DNA of 64,000 nucleotides from the human T2T-CHM13v2.0 reference genome, Homo sapiens: assembly GCF_009914755.1 (NCBI RefSeq), contig NC_060925.1. One strand, given 5' to 3'. Shown piece by piece: positions 24,513-41,498 of this stretch. The notes under the pieces were generated by a model that saw only the letters and a program-made list of their open reading frames with translations, had not been told where the DNA came from and searched no databases. A program made the translations under genes and the position numbers. The first letter of the stretch is position 1, and every line of letters starts with the position of its first letter.

Positions 24513-27500
24513 GACTCATTTCTTATTCATAACTGCTTTCCCAACAATAATTCCGGATGTTTCTACTACTTCATTTTGTTTCATTCTCCTAGATATTTCC
24601 CTAGGAATTTTGCCCTCCAGATGACCTATTTTGTTTTTCCTGATTTCAGCCTGTGCTACTGGACTCTTCCCAGCTCACACAATCAATCTCTTCCCAGTTT
24701 CTCTAGAATTACTACCCAACTATTTCAGCCTTGATTTCACCTTTGTGGTTTGCATTCAGGTTGCACCCACTGGCCACTTTGTCTCCATAGAATCCTTGAC
24801 CATCCACCATTCTGGCCACGGAAATTTCTAATGCTAAGATGTACCTTCACTTCCTTGTTTCCACATCTGGTCAACCAGACCTTGCTAGAAAAAACATGAA
24901 GCCAATAAAATGGATCCCAACCAAAATTAAGGTGATGATGCTGAATATCTTTACTTACCACTTTGTAATCCTTTTATGTATCCTCATTGTTGCCGCTATC
25001 ATTTTCCACAGCAATTACTCCAAATTCTATCCACACTTCTTCTACACTGCAAGACCAACCTTGTCATCTCATCTCACCTCTGAAGGACGCTGCTCACTCT
25101 TCTCCCATCCATTGGCTTCTTACTCTTTGCTTTAGAAACTTCAGTAACATTTTTCTTACATTAGTACCCTTTTTCCCCCTTTCTTTTTATTCCCAATTTA
25201 TCCAAAGGGCAACCTACATTCTCTGCCACAACTATTGTGTTTCCTCCTCTGTAATTAACCCAACCATTCTACCAAAATGCTCTGTCCAATATGGCCAAAC
25301 CTAATTGCCAAATTCACATAATGAATATCCTTTCCTCCCTGAATCTCTTTTTAGTTGTTAATTCCAAGATGTGATGATACAGTTTTGCCTTCTTTATTGA
25401 TTTAAATTCTTCCCATTGTCTCTTAATTGTTGTTCTTTAAAGTTGTTTGTTCTTGATCTTGTCTCTCTCCAATTTTCCCTAAGTCATTTCACTCTCCTAA
25501 CTTTAGCTATCATCTCTTTGAAGTTTAAAGAACTTTAACTATGACCAGCACATCTACAAGTCTAGCTCAGGCCTCTCTTGAACTTAATCCTGCATTTCTA
25601 TCTACTCAGCTTGCTCATCTAAAGTGACTTAACATATCAAAAAGCAAACTCACCATCTGTCAAGATTAAGTCTCACTTCTGAATTCCCTATATCTTTCAC
25701 TTAGGCTTAAAACTCTGTGGTAATCCTGGCTCAACATCTTCTGTCTTTGTCTCCTCTCATCACCAGTGTCCACAAATTCCTCCTTAAATCAATTTCTTGT
25801 TTTCTGTTTCCAAGATGGGACCGTTGCAATAGATATTCCTGCCTCCAGCCTCTCCCCTCGTCAGTCAATTCTACATGCTCTTGCCAGATAGATCTTTCTT
25901 TAAAAAGTGGTTTATGTATACCACCATTTTTTACATAATTCGTGAATTGTCTATTCCTTTCTAATTATTTAAGCCCTACTGGTTCTGCTGAGCCCAATGA
26001 GGGCCCCTCTATCTACCTTAAGATCTCAACAGTATTGTATAACAGAAACAATATTGGTTTTAGAGTCATATGGACCTGGGTTTAGATATTAAACTATATT
26101 TTTGTAGCCAAGTAATTTTGGTCAAAAACAATGTTTTCTTTTTCATCTATTTTAGTGGTAGATGTTTTTATAATCAACTTAAAAATATAGCCTAGATAGG
26201 CAAATTTTACTCTAGGTCTCAGTCTTCCCCCATATCCCAAGAGCAGAATCTCACATATCTTTTGTTTTTCAATTACTTATTCATTGCAATATTTATTGAG
26301 CAACTACTAAGTACAGGGCTTGGGGGATACAAAAAATGAATCCAACATTCAATTCTGTTTTCAAAGTATAATCAAATTTGTATGGAGGGCTCATTCATTA
26401 ATAAGAAAAAAAAGAGTTTACTAAGTGCCTACCATGTGCTAAGTATTGTGCAAAGTACTGAAGATTCAAAAAAGTATAACTTAACTCCCCTGATGTTGGG
26501 ATCAGTGATCTAGCTTGTTAAAAATATTGACAAGCAAACACTTATAATCACTTATAATAAGTGGCATAATATGAATAAATACCAAGTGTTTTGGGCGTAC
26601 AGAAGAGAGGTATCTAGTTCAGGCAGGAGAGTCAGAGTATGCAATAAGACCTGAGTGGAATCTTAAAGAATGCGTAGGAGTCAGCCAGGCAAAGGACTCA
26701 GCAATGTGCAAAGGCTCAGATGTGTGACAATGTATATAATTAACCACAATGCAAGATAGAAGGCAATAAATAAATAAATGGCAGAGCAGAAGCAAAAAGT
26801 AAATCAGCAATCATAGGAGATACATTATTTGAGGGAGAAGACATGAGCAGAAACTACTTCATGGAGGTGGAAGCACTTGAGGCAATCTGAGGGTCAGGAT
26901 TCAGGCATGCAGTGGGGCTGGATGCCTCTTTGTCTTCTCAGCACCTCGTGCAGTGCCCTGCACACAACAGGGACAGCACCTTGCTTGCTGTGATGATGAT
27001 GGTGATGGTAATAATGATAATATCTAGGTTTGTTTCTCATGAAGTTTGTTCCTCTGTTTTTCCAGAATGCTTACAAGGGGAGACGCGTGATTCAAAAACC
27101 CACTTCAGGGTGGAAACCACCTGATTTTGAATCTTACCTCTGCCATGAGCAGGCTATATAACCTTGGAAAAATTACCTAACCTCTCTAGGTTTTTTTTTC
27201 CCCCATAAAGTGGAGTACTGGTAATAGGTATTTGTCTCCCAGAGTAGTGTGGGAATAAATGAATGACTGTAGACATGTAGGAATAGTGCCTAGCACATAG
27301 TTAAGTGCCCGATAAATGTTGGTTCTTATTATTGCATTTGGTCATCTCTGGATTTTCCAAAATGGAATTGGCCTGTGGGGAGATTTTAGGGACACTGAAA
27401 GGCTATCCCCTCAATACCTTACTCATTCTCACACCCAACATCACTTACTGATATCTCTTCAACTCTCCTGACACACTCTTTTAAATTCTGCCATTAGAAG

Positions 27501-29873
27501 TTCATACTTTGGATTTAAGATGTCACTTCCCCCAGCCCTTGGGGGTGGATAACATAATAAAAGGTTAGCCTTGTTTCATTTTAATAAGTTATCTGGCCAG
27601 ACCTCTATCCTCCTTAACTGCTAACTGCACTGAGGGAATATTGAGGGGAAGAAAGAAAAGGCTAATTTTGAAGCTTGGAGAACTCTCCCCAGAAATTCAA
27701 GATAGAAGGAAAGATACTCAGAGGGCTTTCTGAGGGCAGCAAGTCCTCTGGGATTGCAAAAAGTGGTTGAGATTGGCGAGAGATGCCAAGAAGTGGTGAG
27801 GAAAACAAAAACAAGGTCATCTGTGCCAGTAAAGACAGGCTTTGCTAACTTAAACAGTGCTGACCTTGATTTGGGGGTTCTGTATCAACTGCTCTTTTCT
27901 CTACTCTGTGCTAGTGTTTTGGAATAACACTGCTCAGGATCACTCTTGATTCACAGTCATTGAGGACACTATCCAGGTGGTTAAGGAACCCCTGTTTGTA
28001 AAATCTCATAGTGACTTTTACATGTTTGCTTTCTTAGTTATAGTTTATCAGTCAAGCATTAGTAAGCACCTACTATGTGTCTAGTGCCAAACTAAGCAGA
28101 GTGAGAGCTTCATTAGAAGCTGGATAAATACCCCTCCTCCAGAACCTTACAGTCCAGTTGAGGAAACAACTACAACAGAAGATGTTTAATAATTAATTTC
28201 TAAACAGAATTACAGACACCGCACAAACCATAGATTTCTGGGGAGTGGGAGGGCAGGACGGGAAGCAATGATTAGAATCTGGACTAGTGTGTGATAATTT
28301 TGTGAAGGATCAGAAGCCAAACTGGCTTGAAGAATAGGATTTGGGCAGTTCCAGGAGGGGAGGATGGCCAGGAGGGAGAGACAAGGAGCCAAGCCAGAGA
28401 CTGAAAGGAGCACAGCATATGTGTGGGCAGTGAATCAGAAAATGATAGTGGTAAAGGTTATTAGAAACAAACATAATGGCAGTCGCTGTTTATTGAGTAT
28501 TTAGTATGTGCATGTGCCAAGCACTATTCTAAGGACTTTGTATGATCTTATTTATATACGCAATAACCCCATGAGGTATGAATTGCTCTCCCTCAACTGT
28601 TTTGCAGTTGAGGAGCCAGATACTTAACAAGGTAAGGTAACTGTGCTGAGTCATGTGTCTAGAGAGTGGTGGAGCTGAGATTAAAGCCAAAGTCAGCCTG
28701 AGGTGAAAATGTTTAATCTTTCCACATTATAGCCTCTCTTCAATGTATGTGTTGGGATCAGTGGGGAATACAGATAGATAAATAAGGTGGGAATTAATTA
28801 TGAAGAATATAATTTAGATAAAGTATATAAGAAGAATACACTGAGTTATTTTTTTTAAAAAGCTACAGTTTACAGAATACTGCCTATGGAATAGGCACCA
28901 TCCTGACAGCATTATCCTGAATGTGATTTATAATTATACCCATTTTACAGATGAGAAAACCCAAATGGAGAGGGTAAATGACTTGTTCAAGCCTCTCAAC
29001 AGTTAAAAAGCACAGTCCAGATTTGAATGCTAGGCTAATGGCAAAGCCTGTATTCTTGCTGCTATCCTGCACTGCCTTTCTCCTTATGCAAGGGAAAAAA
29101 ACATGTAAAAATAACATCAGTGCAATTTGCATGGTATTTTTCAAAGTATTCTTTTATATTCACAGCCACACTTGATCCTTATGACAACCATATGATAGGC
29201 GTAGTAGATAGCTCCCATCATAACGATTAATAATAATGGGCATAATAATCATTAAAATAACAACATTCGCCAGCACTGATTGAGTGCTCTTCATACATCC
29301 ATGCACTGTGCTAAGGGCTTTGCATGTATTATGTAACAACTCTATAAGAAAGGTTCTACAATTATCCTTAATTTGCATATGAGGAAACTGGGGCTCAGAG
29401 AGGTTAAGTAACTTAATAAAGGAGCTGGGTTCAGGTAAGTTACAAGACTAGTTCAAGGTCATGTGATGATGAGTGGTGATTCCTGAACTAGAACACAGAT
29501 CCTCCAATTCCATATCCACGCATGCTCTTTTCATGTTACTATTTTAACCATCAGTCTGCAGCTACAGGAAGGAAGATTTGAAGAAAGAGCTACAACAGGC
29601 AGAAGAAGAGAGAAGAGAGAAGAAGCCAGGAGAGAAGCCAGAAAACGGCAGAAATTCAGGTGTGAAATGATGCAGATCCAGGTAGGGCAATGTAAAGGTA
29701 AATGAAGAAGTAGGAAATTCAGGTGCTAGCTGAAGAAGATTGTAGCAGCTTACTTCCGCAGCATATAAATGTAAGAGGAAGGAAGAATAGTGTAAGTTTG
29801 GTTTCTAGCCATAAAATTGGTGGAAAGCAGGGGCAGTGTGGTCAGAAGTGAGATGAATTCAAAAATGACACTA

Positions 29874-30012
29874 GGCAGGATGTGCTGGTGGCTCATTCTG
29901 GTAATCTTAGCACTTTGGGAGGCTGAGGCAAGAGGATGGCTTGAGCCCAGGAGTTAGAGACCAGCTTGGGCAAGATGGCAACACCTCGTTTCTATAAAAA
30001 TAAAATAAAAAA
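29874..30012 (+). mobile_element. Alu monomer (FLAM-like)
   Basis: Single arm; TSD AAAAATGACACT on both sides. Confidence 0.8.
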
Positions 30013-30024
30013 TGACACTGGTCT

Positions 30025-30765
30025 ACAGTGAGCTACCACTACACATCAGCTAGGAATGCCTATAATAAAAAAGAAAGACAATGGCAAGTGTTGGTGAGAA
30101 TGGAGAGAAACTAACACTTTCATGCATTGCTGGTGGGAATGTAAAATGCTGTAGTCACCTTCAAAAACAGTTTAGCAGTTTGTTAAAAAGTTCAATGTAA
30201 GTTTACCATGTGACTCAGAACTTCTACTTCTAGGTGTCTATCTAAGAGAAATAAAAATGTATGTCTACACAAAGAATTGTATGTGAATGTTCATAGCAGT
30301 ATTATTCCTAATAGCCAAAAAGTGGAATCAATCTGAATGTCCATCAACTGAAGAATGGTTAAATAAAACGTGGTCTATCCCTACAATGAAATATTATTCA
30401 GCAATAGGAAATGAACTGCTAACACACACTACAACATGGATGTACCTCAAAACCCCTTTGCTAAGCAGAAGAAGCCTGAAAGAAGCCAGATGCAAAAGAC
30501 TACATATTGCATGATTTCATTTACATGAAATGTCCTGAAAACGTAAATCTATAGAGACAGAAAGCAGATTAGTTGGGGTGGGAATGGGGATCGACTGCAA
30601 ATAGTATAGGGATCTTTTTGGGGTAAAGTAAATGTTTTAAAAGTGGATTTTAGTGTTGGTTGCACAACACTGTCAATTTACAAGAAATCAATAGATCATA
30701 CACTTAAAATGGGTAAATTTTATGGTTTGTAAATTATACCTCAATAAAGCTGTGTTTTGGAAAAG
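30025..30765 (+). mobile_element. L1M (L1MB/MC-like) 3' end
   Basis: 'gcattgctggtgggaatgtaaaatg...gaatgttcatagcag...aaattatacctcaataaagctg'. Confidence 0.85.
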
Positions 30766-31959
30766 TGAAGCTGATTTGTAGAAGACAAAAGAGGTCGAGT
30801 TTTAGAATTATGGGTGACTGAACACCAAAACGGAGATGTCTTGCCAGGTGAGAGGACAGGCTGGAGGTGCAGAGGTGAGAGCTGAAGCCAGGAAAATGAA
30901 TGAGCTCACCAAAGGAAAACATATGCAAGAGAAAAGGAAGATGTCAAGGGTAAAGCTTTCAGTGTCACTACCATTAGGGACAGGGATGATGGTTTGCCTG
31001 GGCTAATATGGTGCTCACCCTGGTAACAACATGTCCAGCTAATATTAAAATTCACTGATATCCTCCAAGCATGCATCCACTGAGAGCAGAGGTATAAGCC
31101 CCAAGGCATGGCAAACAGTAGGGTAAATCTGCCTGGAGGAAAATTGCCTCTAAATGACTAAAATACACAAAGATAACTGGGAAAGGATTGAATATGTTCC
31201 CTGTATTTTGGGTTTAAAAAGAGAACTGCACAAACACTTTAACCTAAATTAGAAATCACATCAGCATTAGGGAGTGCAGGGTCTCAAAAGCAATATTTCA
31301 CTTAGTCACTAACTACCAAGATGGATATGATGCTGGACCACCCCTAGAATCACGCTCTTTGGTCCCAATATTGACTTCTGAATTTAGAAAGAGCCAGCAG
31401 AGACTCTCAGGTAAATTCTGCAACTGCTTTCCCACCTCTGAATTTGGGACAAATCCTCCTCTTCCTCCTGGCCTCGCCCCACCCCGCCCCATGGATAGCA
31501 CTTCTGGGAGGGGGTGCTCCCAGGCTAGGAAACTAGCGAGCCTCTCTTTCTCCCATAGTCTGACATCTTGATGCCTTGGCTGATGGAGGGAGAACCCAAA
31601 CAATCCTTTTTGTTTCACCTTATTTCATATTTCTGTAAATGAAGTAAGTGTATACTGTCGTTTTTTGTTAAATAAAGGGTAAAAAATAAGAATCTGAGAG
31701 TTTAAGGTCAAAGTAGTGGAGAGTAGGAAAGGAAGCCTAGGATCCAAAATGGCACTGGCTTCAAGACCACCCACATCATATTGAGGGTTCAGCCAAGTCA
31801 GGCCTCTTAACCCTGGGTCCGCAACGGAAACTAGGGCTAGAACTTGGATGCAGAAAAAAAATACATCTTTGCTTCCACTAACTTCTAGTTGAAAATTATC
31901 ATTTCCTTCAATTATGGATCCAGGCAACAGATCAAGGTGGTATGAGCAGCTCATGACTT

Positions 31960-32250
31960 TTTAACCAGCAGAATCACAGATATCCCAAATACCGCTTATA
32001 GTCATCACTATGACATTACAATAATTATAAGACCTGCCAGTAGACTTTTTAATTAACGTTCTAATAAAGAAGCACATATTACTATATCACAAACTTGACG
32101 TTTTTAATATTTAGATCATTATATTTCATTATAACCTATTTTTGTAAACCTACGTAATTTATTTTATGTGTCTTAAATCATTATTCTGTTCATAGGCTTC
32201 ACGAGACTGCTCATGGGGGCCCATGACACAGAAAAGTTGAAATACCCCTG
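31960..32250 (+). mobile_element. hAT-Charlie fragment (Charlie4a-like 3' part)
   Basis: Similar to the 3' half of the 15775-16262 element; ends 'aaaagttgaaatacccctg'. Confidence 0.55.
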
Positions 32251-32285
32251 GGCTGGAGGAACTCTTCCCTAATCCCCATCAAACA

Positions 32286-32286
<1 letters not shown>

Positions 32287-32326
<40 letters not shown>
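32287..32326 (+). repeat. (CA)20 microsatellite
   Basis: Directly visible. Confidence 0.97.
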
Positions 32327-32328
<2 letters not shown>

Positions 32329-33026
32329 CCTCACTACAAGGCCTGAAATCCCACCATTAGAGAACATTTCCTTTGGGTTTTTAAGATTCCCATTAAAATG
32401 CAAATGCCCCCTAAGGAGAAGAACTTCTCTGAGTGTTATTAGTTAACCCCTTAAATGAGGTTGTTTAGCAGCTAGCTGGGCACAACATCCTACAACTCAA
32501 TTAAACAAACGTTTATTGACCTCCTGCCATGGTTAAGGAGCCAGACTTGGGAATAGGGAGCAAAATCCCACGAGGTTTCTCCCCTCAAGGGGGCTTGCAA
32601 TCTAGTACGGTGAGTAAAACAAGTACAAAAAAGACAGGAAGAGAAATGCAACGGCAGAGGTGCAAAGAGCAAAGCCTGTTCCGGGGGAGGGGCGGCTGGG
32701 AAGCAAGAGATTCATTCATGCGTGCATTCTAGAAGGACTGACTGCCTGTGGACTCCGGGCTAGGTCCTCAGAACACAGCCTGAGCCAAGTTCACTGCCTA
32801 GTGTTCAAATTAAACAGATAAACCACAAGTAAGCTACTGTCGTTGGGTTCTCTCGGGCGTATAAAGTCTGGAGAAGCACAGGGGAGGGAGTGACTTAGCG
32901 GCTATGGGGGCGGGGAAGAGTCTAGAAAGACTGTCGTTGTGATGAATGTGGCACGGAGTAAGTGACATATGAGCCGGGTCTAGCAGGGTAAGTTTAGGAG
33001 AGACGGGGTTGGGTGGGGAGAGAGGA

Positions 33027-33072
33027 GATATGTATATACATATATAGAGAGAGAGAGAGAGAAAGAGAGAGA
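33027..33072 (+). repeat. (TA)n/(GA)n compound microsatellite
   Basis: Directly visible. Confidence 0.85.
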
Positions 33073-35740
33073 AAACGAACCACATTCCTGGAGGAGGTAT
33101 GTGTAAAGGGCCTATGCTGAGAACCATTTCGGTGTGGTGGGCTTAGGGATAGCGGAGGAACCAGGCAGGAAGGCAGGAGATGGGCCTGGAATTGTAAAAC
33201 AGAGCATCTTAAATTTAAGGCTAAGGAGTTTGCATCTTATCCATTTGGAACAATCAGAAAATGCTTCACGAAGGAGATATTTGAGCTGGGCCTTAAAGCA
33301 TGAGAAAAATTTCTACAGGTGGAGAGGGGGCTGAGAGCGTTTCAGGGTAAAAGAACAGCATAGCCGGGCACAGGGGCTGAAGACTACGGGCTTGGGAAAA
33401 GCCTGCGAGAGCAGTGTGTGGTCCATAGGGTCCCGAGCACTGGGATCACATGGAGGCCTATTAAGGGCGGGTCCCCTGGCCCCGGAGCAGACCCGCCAAA
33501 TCAGAATTGCTCACGGCAGGCGCCTGCTAGCCAAGCTCTTGATGCGCAGTAAAGTTGTTCAGTGGCTTAGTAGGCGAGAAGGCCAAAAAGGAAGGTGACC
33601 TCTGAGTGCAGGATAAGAATCTGCACTTAAATGGGAAGGCTCCTGAGAACGGACCCAGTGGGAGAGTGGTATTTATCAGAGCCTTACTTCAGGAAGGTTT
33701 ACCAGACAGAAGAACTTAGGATGGAAAGTGTGGGGACCCAGTTAAACGGCTATTACAGTAGTCCAGGTAGGGGGTAATGAGGACTGAATTTTGGTAGTGG
33801 GAGGGGGAAGAATAGGGAAGGGACAGATGTAAGACATTTGGGTGGCAGAATCTACATGGCTCCCTGGGCAACTGAAGTGGGTGGAAAGGCTGAGTCACAC
33901 ATGACTTTAGGGAGCTAAGCTGGGCTGTGGGGAAAACGGCAGAGCTTTTAAAAGAAAAGCAGAGTTAATAAGGTGAGTTTAGGAAGGTGATCAGTTGAGA
34001 GATAAAGTGCCAAGCACAGAGAGGCCAATAATAGTGATGATTTTTATTTTGCATCCCACTGTAGTTAGTGGGATACAGGATGGAGCACAGGTGGTACTCG
34101 TGGGCTGAGAGCAGGCAGAGCAAGGGCTGAATTTATCACCATTTTGTTGAGGATCCCCTAACAAAGTGGCAGGAGCTCTGAGCTATAAACCCAGGCAAGT
34201 CCCTTCTCCTCTTAGGAGCTTCTGTTTCCTCCTTGGAAAAGCAGGTGATAATAAAACTTATCACCCACTCATCCCTTGGGAGTGCTGCGAAGAGCAACCA
34301 ATATAAATACATAAAAACGCTTAAAGCACTCAGCAAGAACAAAGTGTGCTAGAAATGCTAAACAATAATAAATTCAGCCACCCCCAGTTCACCATAATAA
34401 TAAACAAGGTGTCTTTTTTAAAAGCAGGTGTAGTTAACCGGTACTAACTTTGAGGTTGTCTTATATAGCCTCTAACAACAGGTAATTAAATCTGAACTCG
34501 ATTTTCAAGAGTACTCTCATCAGAGGGTCTCAGAATGACCCTAATACCTCCATGAAACCGAGGCCTGGACTACATAGCAATTAATTAACATGAAAATTAC
34601 TTTATCATCCCCTCCCCATCGTTAGCATCTTGTGTGACTAATATCAGCATCCATACTACAGGCAATCCCCACAATCCCCCCAAGCTGTACTCTTTGTCAC
34701 ATGTCACACCCCTGAGGTCCGTCTCTTGGCAGAATGGTGCCATATAAAATATTCAGATCCTAGGTAGGTTGTGTGCAACCTACATGGAAAAGAAGGCTGT
34801 CAGAAAAACAGAAGGCAAAAAACTGCATTTCTAAAATGACAAAGATTATAAATCCAGTTTTAAAGGAACACATCTCTAATTATATGTTCCATGCATAGCA
34901 AATCTCTTTTAATAAATCCCACCACAATCTCCGCTCCCCTAAAGAGCAGACCTGATAGGTAATAACTCCCCTCCTCTGTGGTAAAATCCAATTTTCACAC
35001 CTGGTAAATGAAATAACTCCACTATGAACCAAGGTTGGGTTGGGGTGAGCCATTAACAGAAGGTTAGGGGCTGTGCATCATGTAACAGCTCTTCTGGGAG
35101 CCCCTTCCAGAGATTTGCTCTTTTTATGCCGGTTGATGCTATTTGGCCAGAAAACCTCCAACCTCCGAGGTTACAAATAGAGCCTTTGTCACCTGGAGTG
35201 GTTATGAATGAGAACCACGGTTCATGGTTCACCTATGTGCAAGGGCCGGCCCTGGCCCTCATCTCTTGTTTAGTAGGAAGGTTCCTTACCATTTGTGTAC
35301 TTTAGGAGCTAAACTTCTACTGCATTCCTGACAAATTGACCAAAAGAAGGAAAGATGCTACTGAAATTTACAGTTGCAAAGGAGTAGTACCTGGGAGGCG
35401 CACACAAGACATAAGTCTGAAAATCCAGCCAGGGTCTGTATTCTGTGTAGGCCTAATCAGGAACAATAAGGTGGACATCCACAAGGAATCAGCAACAAAA
35501 ACAAGAGACACATACACCATTGAACATAACTGGGAATTGATGAAGGTGACATCACAGATAAGTGGATTAAAAAAAAGATTAGTCAACAAATAACATTGGA
35601 ATAATAATTCTACTGTCTGGAAGAAAATTTAAGATCCTCATCTCATACTATAAAACAAATAATTCCAGAGGTTCTGTAGGCCAGAGTTGAAGAAAAAAAA
35701 GTTACAGAGGGATGAAAGAGGCAAATATAAAAATGAATCC

Positions 35741-36033
<293 letters not shown>

Positions 36034-36121
36034 ATGAATCCATTAAAGAAATGAAAGAAAATAAAGGTGAATATTTATCTGAACTTGGGGACAGGGAAAG
36101 ATATTCTTAAAATAAATTTTT

Positions 36122-36417
36122 CTTTTTTTTGAGACAGAGTCTCGCTCTTGTCATTCAGGCTGGAGGGAGGGCAGTGGCGCAATCTTGGCTCACTGCAACC
36201 TCCACCACCCTGGTTCAAGCAATTCTCCTGCTTCAGCCTCCTAAGTAGCTGGGATTACAAGTGCCAGCCACCATGCCCAGCTAATTTTTGTACTTTTAGT
36301 AGAGACGGGGTTTTGCCATGTTGACCAGGCTGGTCTCGCACCCCTGACCTCAGGTGATCTGCCCACCTCGGACTCCCAAACTGCTGGGATTACAGGTGTG
36401 AGCCACCTTGCCTGGCC
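36122..36417 (-). mobile_element. Alu (AluS-like)
   Basis: Full antisense Alu with poly-T. Confidence 0.95.
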
Positions 36418-36494
36418 AAAAATTTTTAAAAATTGAATAGACTTGATTACATACAAATGTAAAATTCTGTATGTAAAAAAAAATCATAAAATTA

Positions 36495-38175
<1,681 letters not shown>

Positions 38176-40900
38176 ATTGGAAAAAAATCCAGAATCAGAA
38201 GTTCACAGAGAATAGTCAGAGAAGAAAAGCAGAAAAGCTTTCAAAATGCAACCTAGATGTAAAAACCTGACAAATATCTGCAATGAAAAACAGACTCAGG
38301 CAATAGAAAGTCGCCAGCGTCTAAAATTCATGCAAGATCACCACAGGAAGAAAAAAAAGTTCTGATCAAAAGCAGCTGAGACCTGGAATCTACAACTGGC
38401 CCTACACTGAATGTATCCAGAAAAAGAAGCATGAGATTAAAGAGCTGCCGTAGGTCCTGTGCACAGTGTGGCTTGGGGACTCACAGGGTTTCCTTTTTCC
38501 TACCCTACAGCAACCCACCTTCCCCCAAACAAAAGACCAAAAAACAACCTTCGGTTCACACTTTAGAAGGATGAAATTCTACAGCTAGCACTTGCTTCTT
38601 TTGTTTTATTATCGAAGAAGTATGACTTCTCTCTTCCAAGTGTTCATAGCCACTTACACCTTGATGCATTTTTCTAGAAGCTGAGAGTGACAGGAATGAG
38701 GATGAGGAATTTAAGAAAACAGAGGGTTCCCTTAAGCGGAGTTCAGCTATTTCACAGTTTGGTCTAGAAACTGACCTACACACAATTAGCGTATAGCTGT
38801 CATTTTGGGAGTTTACTGTTTGCTAGTTGATATGCCATGTCTTTACATCTGTTGCTTCATTTAATTCTAAGAAGAAGCCAATAAGGAAGCCTTTTCCCAG
38901 TGTTATCTAAGCAATTGTCATACCAGACAAGACATACCAGATAAGACTTTAGAGAGGTCAAATAATTTGCCCAGGGTCACATTGGTAATTAGAGGCAGAA
39001 CCAGGTTTCAAACCCACTTCCAAGTTTGTGACACCGATGGCCAAAATACTTCTAAAACCAGATTTGAAGAAGAGGCAGGGAGGAGCACCAGTGTTATCAT
39101 CAAACACACCTGGATGCAAGGCTTCAGGTCATAGTTGGGCAATGGTTTTTTCTGAGCCCCAGTTTTTTTCACTTTTAAAAATGGTAGTAATAAAATCTAT
39201 CTCTCAGAAGTTTTGGAAGTTCAGAGATAATACAAGAAAAATACCCAGCACATAGTAGGTCCTCAATTATGGTGGCTATTAGAGGAATGGAGCTACTAAT
39301 AATTTCCTTTGCTAAGTCAAAACAGGCACAAGGTCTCCACCAGGAAAACAAAGGAAAATTAAGGTGAGGTAGGGAAATTGCTTAGGTAACTTGGGAAAGG
39401 GGCTTTTCCTTTCCTTCATTTCCCAGAGAGCTTTAATTCTTCGCTTTTCTATTTACAATAAGAGAAGCATGTTTGGGACAATGGATTTAGAAATGGAGGT
39501 GCTTTATGGCATGTTTATGCTTTCAAAATTAAGTCTAAACTCTTTAAGACCACAAACCACTGTGCACGATGCTTTTCTAGAAGGGTAGGAGGGATAAACA
39601 TATTCCTATAGGAAGACTCAGTCTCACAGAGCCCATTAGATGAGCCCAAGGAGAATCTTCTACCCACAAAGAGGAAAGTGGTAACGTCCTTCACTTCCTT
39701 TGTGGTTTTAATCTAAACCACAACTCCTCCCTTTTAGTTATAAATCTTTTCTTTACGTACATTCAGATGTGTGTTAGGTGTCTTCCATCTCATCTGTCAC
39801 TCCTTTCCCTGCCACATGGGAAAATATCATATGCTTCTCTTCATCCAAGGAAAGCTTCTCTAGCACACAGGATTGGTTTTGAGAGGCTTTCACAATCCAT
39901 CTATTCTATCCATAGCTGCCTGCAATGAGAGTCTGTTCCCCAAGACCTTTGGAAGACTCCAGAGTTCTTCCAATGCCCAGACCTATGGCATGGAGGCAGG
40001 GAGGATGAATAAACATGTTGTACATCGCTTAGGCAAAAGAGGGAAAGCCTTCTGTCTGAAATGAATGAGAACATCAGAGTTTCCAGTCAGAGATGAATGG
40101 AGGAAATATGTCTTGTTTTTGCTTTCTAAGAGAAGAGGAAGAATGAATGAAAGGGGGAATAAACACAATGCTCAAGCCAAGGAAAGAAAAATCAGAAAAA
40201 CCCAAAGTGATAGTCAGGAAGGTGGGTAGACTGCTTGCTGCCTCCTAACTGCTGCTGTGGTTCGAGTTAATATTTGCCAGACTTAGCATTCCTGTGAGTG
40301 CCGTTGGGATAATGGGCCCCACTCAGCATCACGTGAGTTCTCCATCTCAGCCGAGGGACAGGATTTCAACCATATCACACACAGCTCTCATTACGTGCAA
40401 GGAAATGATCTTACTGAGGAAAGCAGCACAAACCATAAACACATTTACTTAAAAAGGCAAAGCTGTTAGGTGTGCCCCTATTCATGACTAATACAGTGTG
40501 CTAGTCTCAGTTTCTGATGTCTAAGTCCAGGATAGCATTTCCCAGCATGGGTCTGAGAGCCCCTTTAGGACATGGGCTATAAGAGGGGCACCCTCAGGTT
40601 TAACTTCTTGCTAGCAGGGGTAGAACAGCAGTCATTTTCTAAGGAAGCATTTATTAAGCACCATCTGTGTCAAGCAGTGTATATATTCCATATAGTAGAG
40701 AAAGGCAATTCTCTGCATTTGAGAAGTTTGTGATTTTGTCAGGGAATGAATATGCCAAAAATCAAAATGCTAAGGTTAGAAAGAATCCTAGGAATCATTT
40801 GATCCATTCTGCCTCACCTCTCCTTCCATCTTTTGGATAAAAAAATTTGAAATCCATGGAAGTTGAATGGACTGTCCTTGGTCACTCAACTAGCATATTA

Positions 40901-41321
<421 letters not shown>

Positions 41322-41498
41322 TTAATATGACACAAACCATGTGCACAGAAGTGTTATGAAATGCAAATTAAGGGAATGCAAAGTTTGAATAGAGTTAGTC
41401 CAGAAAGTTTCTTTGGAGGAAGGTCTGAAGGATTCCAGGGGTAGGAAATTGTCAGAAATTCAGTTTAATTCAACAACCATTTTCTGAATGCCTAGTAG

